A stretch of 64,000 bases of DNA from Chrysomallon squamiferum (taxonomy: Eukaryota > Animalia > Mollusca): the NCBI GenBank assembly GCA_012295275.1, contig CM022674.1:496001-560000 (forward strand), written 5' to 3'. How positions within the stretch are numbered: position 1 is the stretch's first letter; each line of letters opens with the position of its first letter. The translations under genes and the position numbers were made by a program. Positions 25,925-41,313 of this stretch are shown in pieces. The notes beneath the pieces are model-generated. The model worked only from the letters and a program-made list of their open reading frames with translations. It was not told the origin of the DNA and ran no database searches.

Positions 25925-26000
<76 letters not shown>
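23930..26000. repeat. (CA)n/(TG)n-rich tracts with three copies of a ~70-bp unit, the middle copy inverted
   Basis: CATTCAAACATACATAAAACATACCATTTA at ~23965 and ~25806; reverse complement at ~24704-24735. Confidence 0.85.
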
Positions 26001-26001
<1 letters not shown>

Positions 26002-27631
26002 TTAAATTAATGATAAGATATTTCATGATGCATTATTTTGTTGCAGTGCTTTAAACACAAATTAAAAAATTAAAAAAAATTAAATGGTGACCCTTGCATG
26101 ACCTCGTGTATGATGAAATTTGGCTTTTCTTGATCATATCAAAGGTGTTCATTTCATTTTCAATTAGCTTCTACTGTGTTTACCAGCAACAAAAAAAAAC
26201 AATCAAAAAATGTCTCTGAAACAATGCTTCTGAGGTTATTGAGTTAAATCTGATACAAGCTTTGCAATCCCAGAGAATAAGTGTTTAAAGCAAAGCTAAA
26301 ACTGTTTTAGCAAAGACAAATGGAAATGAAAAAAAATATATAATGTATTTTGGAAAGGAATGAGGGAAGAAAAAAAGCAAGAGTAAAAATAAACTGAATG
26401 AAAGAAAGAATGAGGGAAAGAAGGAGAAAAGAAGAAGACTAAATAAATTGTAATTAAAGAAAGTAGTAAACAAAAGGACGGATATAAAGAGAGAAATAAA
26501 GGAAGAATGAAAGATATAAAGAAAAGGAAGAAAGGATGAATGAAAGATAAAGAAAATGAAAAAAGGAAGAATGAAAGATGTAAATTTTTAATGAAAAAAA
26601 ATTAATAAACAGTTACATAAATTCAACAAGTTAGGAAAACAGAAAAAATCCATTAGAAAAATAGGAAAGAAAGATTAGAGAAAATGAAAAGAAAAATAAA
26701 GAAAAATAAATAAAAATAAAAACCAAACAGACAGAAAGTAAAGCTACAGGTCAAACATCTGTTTCAAATGAAAGAAAAAAAAAAAAAAAAAAAAAAAATA
26801 ATAAAAGTAAATAAAAATAAAAGTAAATAAAATAAAAAGAATGGAAAAGAAAATGAAGACAGTAATAAAAAATAAAAGAAAAAAATTAGAAGAAAAAAAA
26901 CAGAAACAGGAAGGTAAAGATGTGAAGTGTATAAATGAAGAAAAAAAAAAGAAAAAAAAGAAAAAGAAAAAAATCAGAAAAAAGGAAAGAAAGAACAAAG
27001 CAAACAAAAAGAAAATGACATAAGAAAAAAAAAAAAAAAAAAAAAAACAGGAGAAAAAAAAAAGAACATAAATGAATAAGAAACAAAAAAACTAAAAAAG
27101 TAATAGAAAAAAAAAAGAATGTTTGCTTTGGGTTTAAATTTTTTTTAAACAAAATCTAAACCTGAAATGTAAATATAATAATCAGAAGTACAAAAGATGT
27201 AAGAAACAGAAAGAGATAAAAGAAAAATTAAATAACTGAATAAATGACAACATCTGAAAGACAACAAAACAAAAGATTTAATTTGGCTTTTTTATGACAA
27301 AACCAGATTTAAAATGTAATTCCTGAAAGTAAAATTTATAAAACACACACAAAAAAAGCAAAAAAAGAGGAATTCTGAATATGATGACCTTTTTCTCAAG
27401 AGATCAGAACAGCTAAATATATATTATTTGTTTTGTCTTTTTAACATTGTTAAAAAAGTCAAAAGAAGGAATTAGAAAAGGAAAATAATGATAATAAAAT
27501 TTAAAAAAAACACTTTACAAAGGCAGCAAAATATCATTAAATAAATAAACAAAATAAAATAAATTAAAATAAAATAAAATAAAATAATAATAATAACAGT
27601 AGCAGCAATAATAGTAATAACAGCAATAATC

Positions 27632-27713
<82 letters not shown>

Positions 27714-27878
27714 CAGCAATAATAAATAAATAAATATAAATAATTATTATTATTATTATTACAGTAATAACAACAACAACAACAACATCAGCAGCAAGAA
27801 CAACAACGACATCAATATTAATAGCCTCTTTAAAGACAACTGTAAGAAGAGAGTTCTGGTAAGGGAGGTAACTCTGAC

Positions 27879-28028
27879 CTGTACACTGAGCTGCTACAAC
27901 TTCCAGCTTGTAGCGAGACTCGGGTGAGTTTTCGGCGATGCGAGGGGAGATGTTGATCAGGTTTCCTTTCTTGTTGTACAGTTTGAGAATGTCGTGAGGT
28001 CCCGCCTCAGCTGCTGCGCGGAATGTTT
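27879..28028 (-). CDS. PDE9A: PDE9 coding exon 2 (ETFRAAAEAGPHDILKLYNKKGNLINISPRIAENSPESRYKLEVVAAQCT)
   Basis: Acceptor TTTCAG|, donor AG|GTCAG, 150 nt, phase 1/1; GC-rich island among simple repeats. Confidence 0.9.
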
Positions 28029-29164
28029 CTGAAAGAGAGAAGAAAAGAATAGAATGAATGAACAAATGAACGAATGAACAGATGAATGAATGAATATTTA
28101 TGAATTATTAAAGTGGTATGCAAGTAAATGAATAACGAAACGTGGTAATGCGAAACAAACAAATAATAAATATAAATAAATAAATAAATAAGTAAGTAAA
28201 TATATAAGTAAATAAATAAATATATAAATAAGTAAATATATAATTAAACAAACAAATAATAAATATAAATAAATAAGACAAGTAACAACAATACATACAT
28301 ACATACATGTATGTATCATTAAAGTATATAAATAGAAAAAGTAACAAACATTTCAGAAATAATAAAATCTAATGAATATGAAAAATAGACAAAAAAAAAA
28401 AAAGACAACAAACAACCACCCTATACCCTGAATACATGACAAAATAAATAATAAAGAAAGAAATAAAGAAATGGATAAAAATTATAAGATAACAAAAAAA
28501 AAATAACAAAAAAATAATAATAATGTTCAAAGTGCATACACTAGTAAGATAACAATAATATATATACACCAAAGAAAAAACAAACAAATATGTTCCATAA
28601 ATAAATCCATTTATGTCCGATTTAATTTGAACTGTACTTTGTTACAGCAGTCATTATTCGCGAAACAAGCACTGAACAATCTCATTCTAACTTCCAGCTG
28701 AGTTTGCTGCGATTTAAATCACGTTCTGGCAATTATAAATTACTCATCTGCAGATAAGTGGAGTCCCACTCAACAGTTAATAAACAAATATGTATATAAA
28801 TTAACTAGATAAATATATTGTCTATTCACTATGTGTGTGTGTATATATATATGTATATATAAGTATATACATAGGTAGGTAAGTATAGGTATGTGTGTTT
28901 GTTCAGGCCTGTTATGGGGTTGGCAGAGTTTGTTGTTTGTTAACAGAAGCTTCTGTGACATACCTGTGAACCAATATGAAGAAACACTGACAGAGAGAAA
29001 GAGAATAAAAAGAATATATATATATATTTTAAAAATGTTTAGAGACAGGAGTCACAGGGAGAGAGAGATAGATAAAAAAAAACAAAAACAAAGAGAACAA
29101 AACAAAAGGGATCTAGAAAAAAAAAAAGAGAAACAGAAAGGGAGAAAGAATGATATTGAAAGAA

Positions 29165-29205
29165 TCAGAGAGAGAGAGAGAGAGAGAAAAGGAGGAAGAG
29201 AAAGA

Positions 29206-29283
<78 letters not shown>

Positions 29284-29373
29284 AAAGGTGGGAGAGAGAG
29301 AGAGAGAGAGAGAGAGTAAGGCTTTATTATTAATAAAGTAACTGCATCTAGTAGGGTAGTTTTGTCATTTATT

Positions 29374-29443
<70 letters not shown>

Positions 29444-29731
29444 TTAAAATGATAATGATAAACAATCAATATAAATAAATATGGAAAGTCAAAATTAAAG
29501 CAAGTCAGACCACAAACTGACCACAGAATAAGCCTGAAGTTATGAACTGCAAATTCTGATATTCTCAACATTCAAATGAGCTGGAAAAGAAAACAGATTT
29601 GTAACTAATTCTTTTGAACATCAATCTTTGTAACATGTTAATGAAATTAACACGTCAAAATATGTCAAAACTGTTGTACTTGTCTGTTTTCTTCAACCAC
29701 ATTTCAGTTAAACAGGCCATTACATTTACAT

Positions 29732-29770
<39 letters not shown>

Positions 29771-29771
29771 T

Positions 29772-29842
<71 letters not shown>

Positions 29843-29900
29843 TGTGTGTGTGTGTGTGTCTGTATGTCTGTGTGTGTGTGTGTGTCTGTGTGTGTCTATA
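29165..29900. repeat. Compound (GA)n, (CT)n(CA)n and (TG)n microsatellites
   Basis: Read directly. Confidence 0.9.
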
Positions 29901-30942
29901 TAATCTATCTATCTATCTGTATGTATGTTTATGTATGTGTGTGTCTATATCTATATATATATATCATTGGTATGTTTCATGAATATGTTAATGATGTATT
30001 GTATACCTGTGGTTTGGGTTTTTTGTTTGTTGTTGTTTTTTGTTTGTTTTTGTTTGTTGTTGTGTTTTTTCTGTTTTCTTTTTTCATCTACAGTAATGTA
30101 TTCTTTTATTTTTTATTTTTTCTCTTTTCCTCATCATGCATTGTAAAAATTGAATTTTTTATTTTTTCAAAGGATACAGAAATTTTATACTTATTTATTT
30201 ATTTATTTATTTATGTATTTTTTGGTTTTGCTATTTAAAATTTCAAAGTCTTAGATTAATCAGTGTGTTAGTAAAAAGAAACCTACACAAATGTAATAAA
30301 ACAGAAAAACAAATTCCCAGTGAATGAATAAATAAAACTCTCCAACATGAAAAGTTTTCTCTCAAACAAAAAATAAATATTTTAATTAAATTTTAAGATA
30401 AGAATTCTAATTATCCTACAGTCAACCAAATATTTGTCCACATTTTTTTCTTCCTTCAGTTTAACTAGTTACCTGTTCATTCATCCGTGCATCTGTTGTA
30501 AAATCTGTCACTGCTCACCAAACACAGGATCAGCATCCACCTGATTATCTCATTACTAGCAGGATTATCCAGATTAATCTGACATAATCTTAATCCTTTT
30601 AGATATTACTGTCTGTTATATACATTTATTAATTATGATTTAAAAAAAAAAAAAAATGTCTTGGTAGAGTAGTGGAACAGGTAATACACTAATTAAATCT
30701 TATGTAGAAATACACAACATTTTATTTTTCAGCTGGATAATGGATTAAATTGAGGATTAACATACAAATATAGATATATTTTGTGTTTATTAATAATGCA
30801 ATGTAAAAACACGCCTCTTACGTTGAAAAATGCTGCTAATGTTTAATTATGTAAAGTCCCATTAAACATATTACATTTACTTATTAGACAAAAGTAACAG
30901 ATTCATTAGACATTCGCTGCAATGGAATAAATAACCTAATGG

Positions 30943-31026
<84 letters not shown>

Positions 31027-31067
31027 AAACACACACCCAAAAACCCAAACACACACACCCAAACACA

Positions 31068-31112
<45 letters not shown>

Positions 31113-31960
31113 TTAATATCTAAAAACTATTAATTTGTTGATGGGTGTATTTATTGGTGTGTGTATGTATGTACAGACTTGTGTATGCATGTATGTAAGT
31201 GCGTAGGTATACATTACAGCATACACCTCTGTACACTATTTAATTCATTCTTTTTCAAACTGAAGTCAGACATATAAACATACCTCAGATATTATAATTA
31301 CAATACAAACCAACAAACCAGCAATCCCAGAAACAATCTTAGTCATAAACAAAATTCAGAAACCTATCATTTCTTCACACATTTAACAAAAATTACAAAC
31401 CACGCCAACATATAAACCTTCCAGTTTATTGATTCCTACATAACAAAGACAACTCCGAGATCAAAGAAATGCTGATGACAACGGCAACAACAACAACGCT
31501 GACAACATCTACATCTTGACACAGTGGCCTGAACCTACACTGAGAACATGTGCTTCCTGTTGTTACATTTTCTGACAGCGTCTGTGTACGAAGTGACTGT
31601 CAGACGGATGAACATGTGACAGTTCATGGGGAAAGGTGAGCCAATGGCCTTGGGTGGAATTTGCCGGCAGAAGACGAGCAGTAAAAAAGTGCAAAGTGTG
31701 TGAGAGAGAGGCTGCTGTCACCTGTCAGAGGACTGGAATTTTAAGAGCTGAGTGATGTCCTGGTTCTGATTTATTTACTGCCCACATATTTGGGGAAATA
31801 TAAAAATGTGTGTGTGTGCCTGTGTTTGTGTTTGTGTGTTTGTATGTATATATGTGTATGTATGTATGTGTGCATATGTGTATGTGTGTGAATGTGTTTG
31901 TGAGTGAAATGTGTCTGTGTGTATTTACATATGCACATCTCTCTATCTCACTTTTCATTT

Positions 31961-32077
<117 letters not shown>

Positions 32078-33556
32078 TCATTTCACAAATGTCACACAGG
32101 TATACATACACAAATATTACTCCAGATCTAAATTATGAGATTAGTTTAAAACAGTCAGTCAGATCAGGCGTCCACCGTTTCCTACAAGATTTAAAACTGT
32201 CATCCAAGGACAATACTGCTGTACATCTCCCCAGTTTATCAGGCTTAAACCAAACAAAGCAGAAAATCCATACAGCAATTCACTTATCCACCCATTAATC
32301 CATTCTCAGTCTTTCAGTTTCACTTTGTATCATCTATTTAGTTAGCCATCGATTTTCTTTTCCTTTTTACATATCAGAAAAACAAGTGTTGTAAAAAAAC
32401 AAAAATATATAAAAAAAAAAAAATGTTGAGAAGGAAAAGGAAAGAATTACATTCATTTATTATCCATTTAGTCTCTTTCCTTTCCATTAAGGTTCAGAAT
32501 AACACGGTTTTCAATTATTTCTGTCTGAGAAAGGTTCAGGTATTTTTATACTTTTTTTTTTTTTTTATTCTGATGTAAATTGGTGTATACATATCTCTAC
32601 ACACATACACACAAACACAAACACATTTAAGCATATTCAAACACATCCACACACTTTGCAAAAACACCTTTAGCTTTACAGATTTTAAAATAGTTCATTT
32701 AAAACATTAAAACACATCTCACACACATATACACACATACAGACAGAGACAGTCACACAACCATAAAACAAACTTAGCCCCACAAATATTCTAAAACTTC
32801 CATCTAAAACATTAAAACTGTGAAGATCAAAAGACAAAAACAAAATATCGCTTGTGCTAACTGTTCGGGTAACTGGATATCTAGGTCTCCCTCAAATGAA
32901 AGTGCTATTTCACTCTCATCTACAAAGATACCAATCTGTACTTCACAGTAGACCTGACCAGCACAGATCACAGTAAAGAGCACAGAGATAGAACACATTT
33001 TTTAACAAACACAGTCTCGTCTTATGCTGCTGAAAGCACAGACATTAATAAAAAAAATAATAATAACACAGAGTAAATAAATCTCCATGAATGATAGCAC
33101 AGCTTTCAATCTGTGTACAGTGGCTAGTGTATCTACCAGGTTTTATTTTTTTATTTTCATTTTAAAATATGTTATTTCTGATTTGACTGTTATATCACTT
33201 ATTGCTACTACTACTACTACTACATTACTACTGCTACTGCTGCACATTCACAAATACACATTATTAATAAATAAATAAATAAATAAATAAATGAATAAAT
33301 AAAATATGAATAATTCATGTTATTCACGTTCTACGGGAGAAACAAAAAATTAAATGGAAGTAAACAAAAAGATGAAGTCCACTTAAAGCCACATCATTAC
33401 TCTGGCATCAAGTCAGTGTGTGTATTCTGCGGCAGATATCATTAAACTGTGAACCTGTGCTCACTAATGGAGCCAAACGTACATTAATCAGCATGTTGTC
33501 TGATAATTAGCACTGCTAGTCACTTAATTACTGATACACGTAAATACATAGACCAT

Positions 33557-34085
<529 letters not shown>

Positions 34086-34379
34086 CATGTTTGTGTGTAT
34101 GTTTTTCTCAAATACACACTAACTGCAGTAAGGTCAAAACGAAGAGTGAAACTCATGAATATTCATGATTTCAAAAACTGTGATAATTTCGCCTCCCACA
34201 GTCAGTGACTGCGAGTGAATTGTGTAAAATGTCAGTTTTGTACGATGAAATAACCACATCGGCGACAACGTTTCCACTTAAACTGGGTGTCACATTCTTT
34301 GTCCTGTCATCCTCTTCAACAAAATCTAACGTTTGCTGTTTTTATACAAATTCTATTACATACCATACCTACTGCTTTT

Positions 34380-34755
34380 GTATTGTTGTTTTTGTGTTAT
34401 ATTTGTGTTGTATTTTTATTGTTATTGTGTTATATTTGTGTTGTATTTTTATTGTTATTGTGTTATATTTGTGTTGTATTTTTATTGTTATTGTTACATT
34501 TATGTTGTGTTTGTGTTGTTGTTGTGTTATATTTGTGTTGTATTTTTATTGTTGTTACATTTATGTTGTATTAGTGTTGTTATTGTGTTATATTTGTGTT
34601 GTACTTTTATTGATATTGTTATATTTATGTTGTGTTTGTGTTGTGTTATATTTGTGTTGTACTTTTATTGTTATATTTATGTTGTGTTTGTGTTATTGTG
34701 TTATATTTGTGTTGTGTTTGTGTTATTGTGTTATATTTGTGTTGTGTTTTATATT
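34380..34755. repeat. Degenerate ~33-bp T/G-rich minisatellite (TTGTGTTATATTTGTGTTGTATTTTTATTGTTA)
   Basis: Read directly. Confidence 0.9.
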
Positions 34756-35695
34756 TTGTTCTGGATTGTTTGTTTCATTGTATTTCTTGTTGGGTTTTTC
34801 TTTTTTGCTGTTTTTTTTAAAGTTTGTTTTGGTTTTGCTCTGTTTTTTTGTTTTTTTTTACTTTTGCTTTAATTCTTATTATTTGTTAAACTAAATTTCA
34901 TTTTATTTCATTTCATTTCATTATTGATTTGTCAGTTTTCAATACAAATTTTTTTTACTCTATTCCGTAGAGACTGAAAAGTGATGTTTCTATTAGATAA
35001 AGCTTGGAATGAAAGATAAAAAGAATCAACAGAAAGGAAGAATGATGGAAAATTAACAAAAACAAAAACAACCAATAAAATAAAGAGAAGAAAAATATGA
35101 AAAGAACAGAAGAAAAAAAAAGTAAAAAAACAGAAAACTATGTCAAAACAGAAAAATAAAATTAAAAAAAAAAAAAAAAAAAAACAAAATGGAAAACTAA
35201 ACAAAAAATATAAAAAAAAATATATAAAAAATAAAGACAGAAAAGAAAAAAGTAATTTGAAAAAACATATTTTGTTATATTTACAATCACATTCAGTAAT
35301 GAAACTTCAGCTGAAACCAAATCATAAATTTGTTCCTGTATTCAGCCATAATCAAAGTTTTTTGAAAATGTTTTTATTGGATTTGTGATTAATCCAGTAA
35401 TCAAAATATAATTAAAATAAATTTAAATAAATTTATAAAGCGTCATTATCATTTTTCAAACTATAAAACAACTATGTATAATCAAAATATTTAAATTTGT
35501 TAAATATATAATAAATGCAATATTCACACTTCAAAATATAATAAATAAAATATTTATAAACTATATAATTAATGGAACACTGACCTTTCAAAACAATTTT
35601 TTTAGAAAAACAACAACAAATATTTATTAAATGTATAATTAATGCATTTCAAAATATAATTAAAAGAAATTTTACTACATTTATAGTAAAAATAT

Positions 35696-35732
<37 letters not shown>

Positions 35733-36374
35733 TAAAAAAACTAATACTAAATTAACACAATAACATCAGCAGTATTACTTACTACAACTCAAATCCAAGA
35801 TGGGTTTATAACAAATTCCAACAAGGAATGAAAAAAAAGCAACAAAACCGTAACAAGAAAGCCAATATTTCTACAAAGACAAACAATCTTCTACAGATCT
35901 CCTCGGAGTACTTTAGATATTTGCTCATCTGCAATTACAGATTCTTTATTCCATAAGGTTCACTTTCTTGTCTTCATCAATCAATTATAACAGCAATTTG
36001 TCAGCCAGAGGCAGAGAGCAACACAGACCGAAGCTCGGTTCTTACTGTCCAGATTTAATTTATGGAAAACAGATTTATGTAACGAGTTGAAAGTGAAACT
36101 GAATTTGAAGAAACTGTAATCTTCATGCAGAGCGGTGTGTTTGTGCGTATGTGTGTGAGTACGTGTCCAAACAGCATGAAGTCAATTGTTTATTCTGAAA
36201 ATGCATGCATGCATACACATACATACATGCATGCATACACACATACATACATACATACATCATACTATATATATATATACACACACATACATACACAAAC
36301 ACATACAAAAGACAGAGAGAAATCAGCATATGGACATACATATACAAATACATACACACATACACACACATACG

Positions 36375-36428
<54 letters not shown>

Positions 36429-37109
36429 TACATACATATATACACACACAAACACATACAAAAGACAGACAGAAATCAGCATACAGATAGGTCTGTTATG
36501 CAATTTATAAAATTTCACCAACAAATTCCTATAATATGATACATACTTCAGAAAAAAAAACCATTTAAAAACACACAAAAAAAAGAAGAAACAATAACAA
36601 TGATGAATCAGTGACATCAGAACTCTTCCCTCTAAATACAATTTATTCTGTAATGAAACCAGCTGAAACATGAGTTGAATTTCTTCATACGTTATATATC
36701 CATATTTAATCTCTGTTATGTACTGGCATGCAACAGTAACCAAATCTGAACATGCAACAAAACCCAAATTTAATTAGCATTTCGTTATTTATGCAACTGA
36801 ATGAAACTAAAACCACATTTGTAGGCAACAACCAATGTAGTAACAATTTTTAATCCGATTGAAGCAGGCGACAATTTGAAAATTAGGATATCCAGTTTGA
36901 TTAGGTAGCAAATTTATGCAATGGCATGAAATACAAGCCGGTATTTAACTACAGTAAGCTAATTAATTAGTTTTAAATTTATTAATGAGATGACACAGAA
37001 GGGGAGTTCAAAAGGTGTGATATCAAAATTCAACATACGTGATGTATTTGTAGTGACAGCTTGAAACACTAACCATGGTAATGTTATTCAAATCTGAGAG
37101 GTATATGTT

Positions 37110-37265
37110 CACAAAACTTAAACAGAATGTTCACACATTTCAAAAGAAAATTCACAGTTTCAACAGAAAAAAACTTTAAACAGAAAGTTCACACTTCAAC
37201 AGACAGTTCACACACTTAAACAGTTCACAGATTTAAACAGACAGTTCCCCATTTGAACAGACAAA
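37110..37265. repeat. Degenerate ~20-bp tandem repeat (TTAAACAGANAGTTCACA)
   Basis: Read directly, about seven copies. Confidence 0.7.
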
Positions 37266-39093
37266 ACACACACACACACACATTTCAAAACAACGTCCAG
37301 ACATTACTACATTCACAGGAAAACGAAATATTAACACGATGAAAAATCTGTGATTACAAAATCACTGATTACAACAGTGGGAACTAATGTGCTTCCTTGA
37401 GAAAAAACGGCCATATTTATCGATTTGTCATTAAAGCTCGTGTGAGAGCAAAGTGGACAGCTCGAAGCAGGAAAGCAGTATCAAGGTATGTAAAGTAATG
37501 AGATTAGCATGATCAGACCCCACTCGTTTCCACTGAGATAAATTCAATTGCAAATTACTTCCTTGCCCGGTTTGCTTTTTCATCACAGTTGCAAGCAATC
37601 TGGAAGCTGTATAAAGTTTGTTGTTGTTTTTTTTTGTGTTGTTTTTTTCATGAAAAACCAGAATGTTTGAGAAAATTGTTCAGGAAAGTTTGATAATGAT
37701 ATGTGATGAATTTCAGCATTTGTTTTTGTTTTGTTTGTGCTGGTTTTTTTTTTTAAATTTTTTTTTTTTTTTTTTTTTTTTTTGTTATTGTTTTTTTTTT
37801 GAGGGGGATGGGGGATTTCAAGTTTTGTTTTTTTTTTGTTTTTTATATTTTTTTTTTATTTTTGGTTATTCTGAATCTCAGTATTTTCTACTCTTAAACT
37901 TGATACATTAAACAATTGATTTCAAATTTGAAAAAAAATAAAAAAATGAAACAGATTTGCAAACTTAGATTTCTGATTGTTTTTAATAATGTTTTTATAT
38001 TTTTATATTAACAGAAATGATTTATATTTACTCATAACCTGACTGTTGAATTCTTTATAAGACTTTTATTTCTTATTACAATCAAATTTTAGTATGGAAG
38101 ATAATTCTAAAATTTTAAAGTTATGTTATGAAAAATCGGAGAACAGTTTCAAATTGTAAATATGTTATTTAAATTATGTTTATACAACACAGGTAAATTT
38201 TAACAAAATTCATATAAAATAAAATGCATACAAACACATACAGAAGACACATCTGCACAAACACACACACACACACACACACACACATGCAAAGGTAGAG
38301 TGCATTTAGTTCATAGTATCAGCTGCACTTTATAATTTCAAAGGGAGATAATTCAACAAGAGTTCAGAAATGATTTTTTTTTTTTTTTTTTAAATAAATA
38401 AAAATAAATATTCTCCTTTAAATATTGATACCAGTGCTGGGAGCAAATCCTATTTTATACTTAAAAGCAAAAAGGGAGACCACTCTCTCTCTTAGACATC
38501 CTAAAATGTTCTGAAGTGAAAACATGTTTAGTACATGCCCAAAGCAACACCAGGGGACGTAATTATTTTCTACAATCGAAAAAGAATTTATTACATTTTA
38601 TATTACACAAATATGAAAAGCATAATAAGGAGTAGTTCTTACGTATGTCTCAAAAGCTAAATTTAAAAGAGAAAAATCTATATTCTTTTACAAAAGAAGT
38701 GGGTGCCAGGGGAGATAACCATCGTGGTTTCCCAGAATCAGAGAAGAAGCCATAAAAACATTTCTCTTTCATAAGTTTGTAATTCTTGCCTGAAGAAATT
38801 TAACTGACTGAAATTTCTTTTCTAATAGCTGACAGGTTTGGCTCTTATCAGTACAATTAATATTTTATTATTATATTATTATTATTATTTTTTATTATTA
38901 TTATTTTATTTTTTTTGGCTTTTAATAACATGATATGTTATGTTATTATTACTTATGTATTATTACAAATATGGAAATGTTCTGCTGTATATTTGCACTG
39001 GTTCTTTAAAATAAACACATTGTTCAGAGACAAAACAAATAAATAATTAAAAAGTAAATAAAAACACTATATCCATTTTGACCACATTAGCTA

Positions 39094-39253
39094 GTACTGA
39101 TTGCTGATTGGCTAATGCTAATTAGATGAAATTGGTGCCAACTGCTGATTGGCTAATGCTAACAAGATTCCACTGGTAGTGATTGCTGATTGGCTGAGAC
39201 TAATAAGATGAACCTGGTACTGATTGCTGATTGGCTAATTCTGACAGGATGAA
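39094..39253. repeat. 41-bp tandem repeat x4, each unit with CTGATTGGCT (CCAAT/NF-Y-type motif)
   Basis: Units start at 39094, 39135, 39176 and 39217. Confidence 0.9.
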
Positions 39254-40057
39254 AATGTCATTTTCATTAATATATTGAGAAAAAATACAATTATGAGTGT
39301 GGGAGACAGTTAAAGTATTTTGATCTGTGTTATTCGTATTTTAAGTTTTTAAATATCAAAGGATGGGCACAGTATATTTTTGAGCATTAATGAAAATGGC
39401 ACCAATATTGAACAAAGGTTTCTGTATTATTAATAACAATGATAACAATATTGTAACAGTACCACCAGGAACTACGCCAGTAACAATAAAAAAAAACAGT
39501 AGTAATGACTTTAACACCAATAATAATAACAACAGCAACAACAAACGAACTACCAGTATTAGCAACAGCAACAACAGCAACAATAAGATTAACTGTTAAC
39601 TGTAATAACAACAGCAACAGCAACAACAGCAACAACAGCAACAATAAGACTAACTGTTAACTGTAATAACAATAACAACAGCAACAGCAACAGCAACAAC
39701 AGCAACAACAGCAACAATAAGATTAACTGTTAACTGTAATAACAATAACAATAGCATAGCAATGACAATTTATCCATAATGAAACAAAATAAAAATAAAA
39801 TAATTTTTTTGAAAAAACGTTAAAAAATAAAGAAGAAGAAATAAAAAAGTTTTCAACAAATTTGTTTTAAACATTCTGAGAAGTGGCTATCTGCGACTTT
39901 CTGCTTTCAGTGACCGGTTGTTTTGTATGCGCGACACAGCGGTTTAAACCAACACTGATTGTTAAAAAGCGAGAACACCCTGCGGCTCCGAGTTTGAAAA
40001 CCAGAATAAAGAGTCGCGTTCGGATTAGCCACAAGAAAAATATTTGTCCTCGAGAAG

Positions 40058-40102
<45 letters not shown>

Positions 40103-40183
40103 AAAATAAAAAAATAAAAATAAAAAAAAAGAAAGAATGAAAGTATTTTGTTATTGGATAATGATTTTTATCATCACCATCAC

Positions 40184-40222
<39 letters not shown>

Positions 40223-41129
40223 TTCATCATCATTATTATTATTATCATATCATTATCATTATCATTATTATCATCATCATCATCATTATTATCATTATTA
40301 TTATATTAATTATTATCATTATCATTATCATTATCATCATCATCATCATTATTATTATTTTATGTAATTAATGGATTCTTATTTCTTTTATTTTATTTTA
40401 TTTTTTGCCTGCCTGCACCTTCGTGGTAATTATTTCTAATTATTATCTCATTTACAAAGATAAGAAAAGTTTTTCTGAAACTGACATTTAACATCACCTT
40501 TAACTACAAAACAAATAAAAAATATTTTTAACATTTTCTTCCAATTTTTTTTCTATTTTTTTTTTACCTGTAACAATTTACCTATTACACTCTTAAAGAT
40601 AAAAATATATATATACCTGTCTGAAAATAAATGATATTTCCATTAAGCATCAACCTCAAGGGAAATTGTTTTCCCAGGTAAAGAAATAGCTGAAAGGTAA
40701 ATGTATTTCTGTGACGTCAAAAGTGATAAAATAATATTTTAATCACCTTTGCAGGTATCAATGAAGAATTTCTAATTATATTAGTTATAGCAAAGAGAAG
40801 AAACATTTGGAGAAATCTATTTTTGTGTCTGTGTCTGGTGTTTGTTTGTGTTGGTGTGTTTTATTTATCTATGTATTTGTTTAATAAAATGTTCATCTAT
40901 CTGCTAATGAGTTTGCAAGCATAGATGCATTATTTCAGAGAAGATGTACTGATTTGTGAGTGTGTGTGTGTGTGTGTGGGTGGGGTGTTCATGTGTTTGT
41001 GTGTGTGTATGTGTGTATATGCAAGTGTGTGGATATGTGTATGTACATATATGTGTGTCTGTTGTATAATCTACATCTGTGGATGTACATCTGTGCTTGT
41101 GTCTGTGCTTGTGTCTGTGTGGATGTACA

Positions 41130-41165
<36 letters not shown>

Positions 41166-41268
41166 ATATGTCTATTATATCAGATAAGTTGATTAATATC
41201 TATATATGTCTATTATATCAGATAAGTTGTATTGTGTGTGTATATGTGTGTGTGTGTGTGTCTGTGTG

Positions 41269-41313
<45 letters not shown>

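Noticed and set aside
26841-29341. Lys/Glu/Arg-rich plus-strand ORFs
   Set aside because: Derived from A-rich and (GA)n low-complexity intron sequence.
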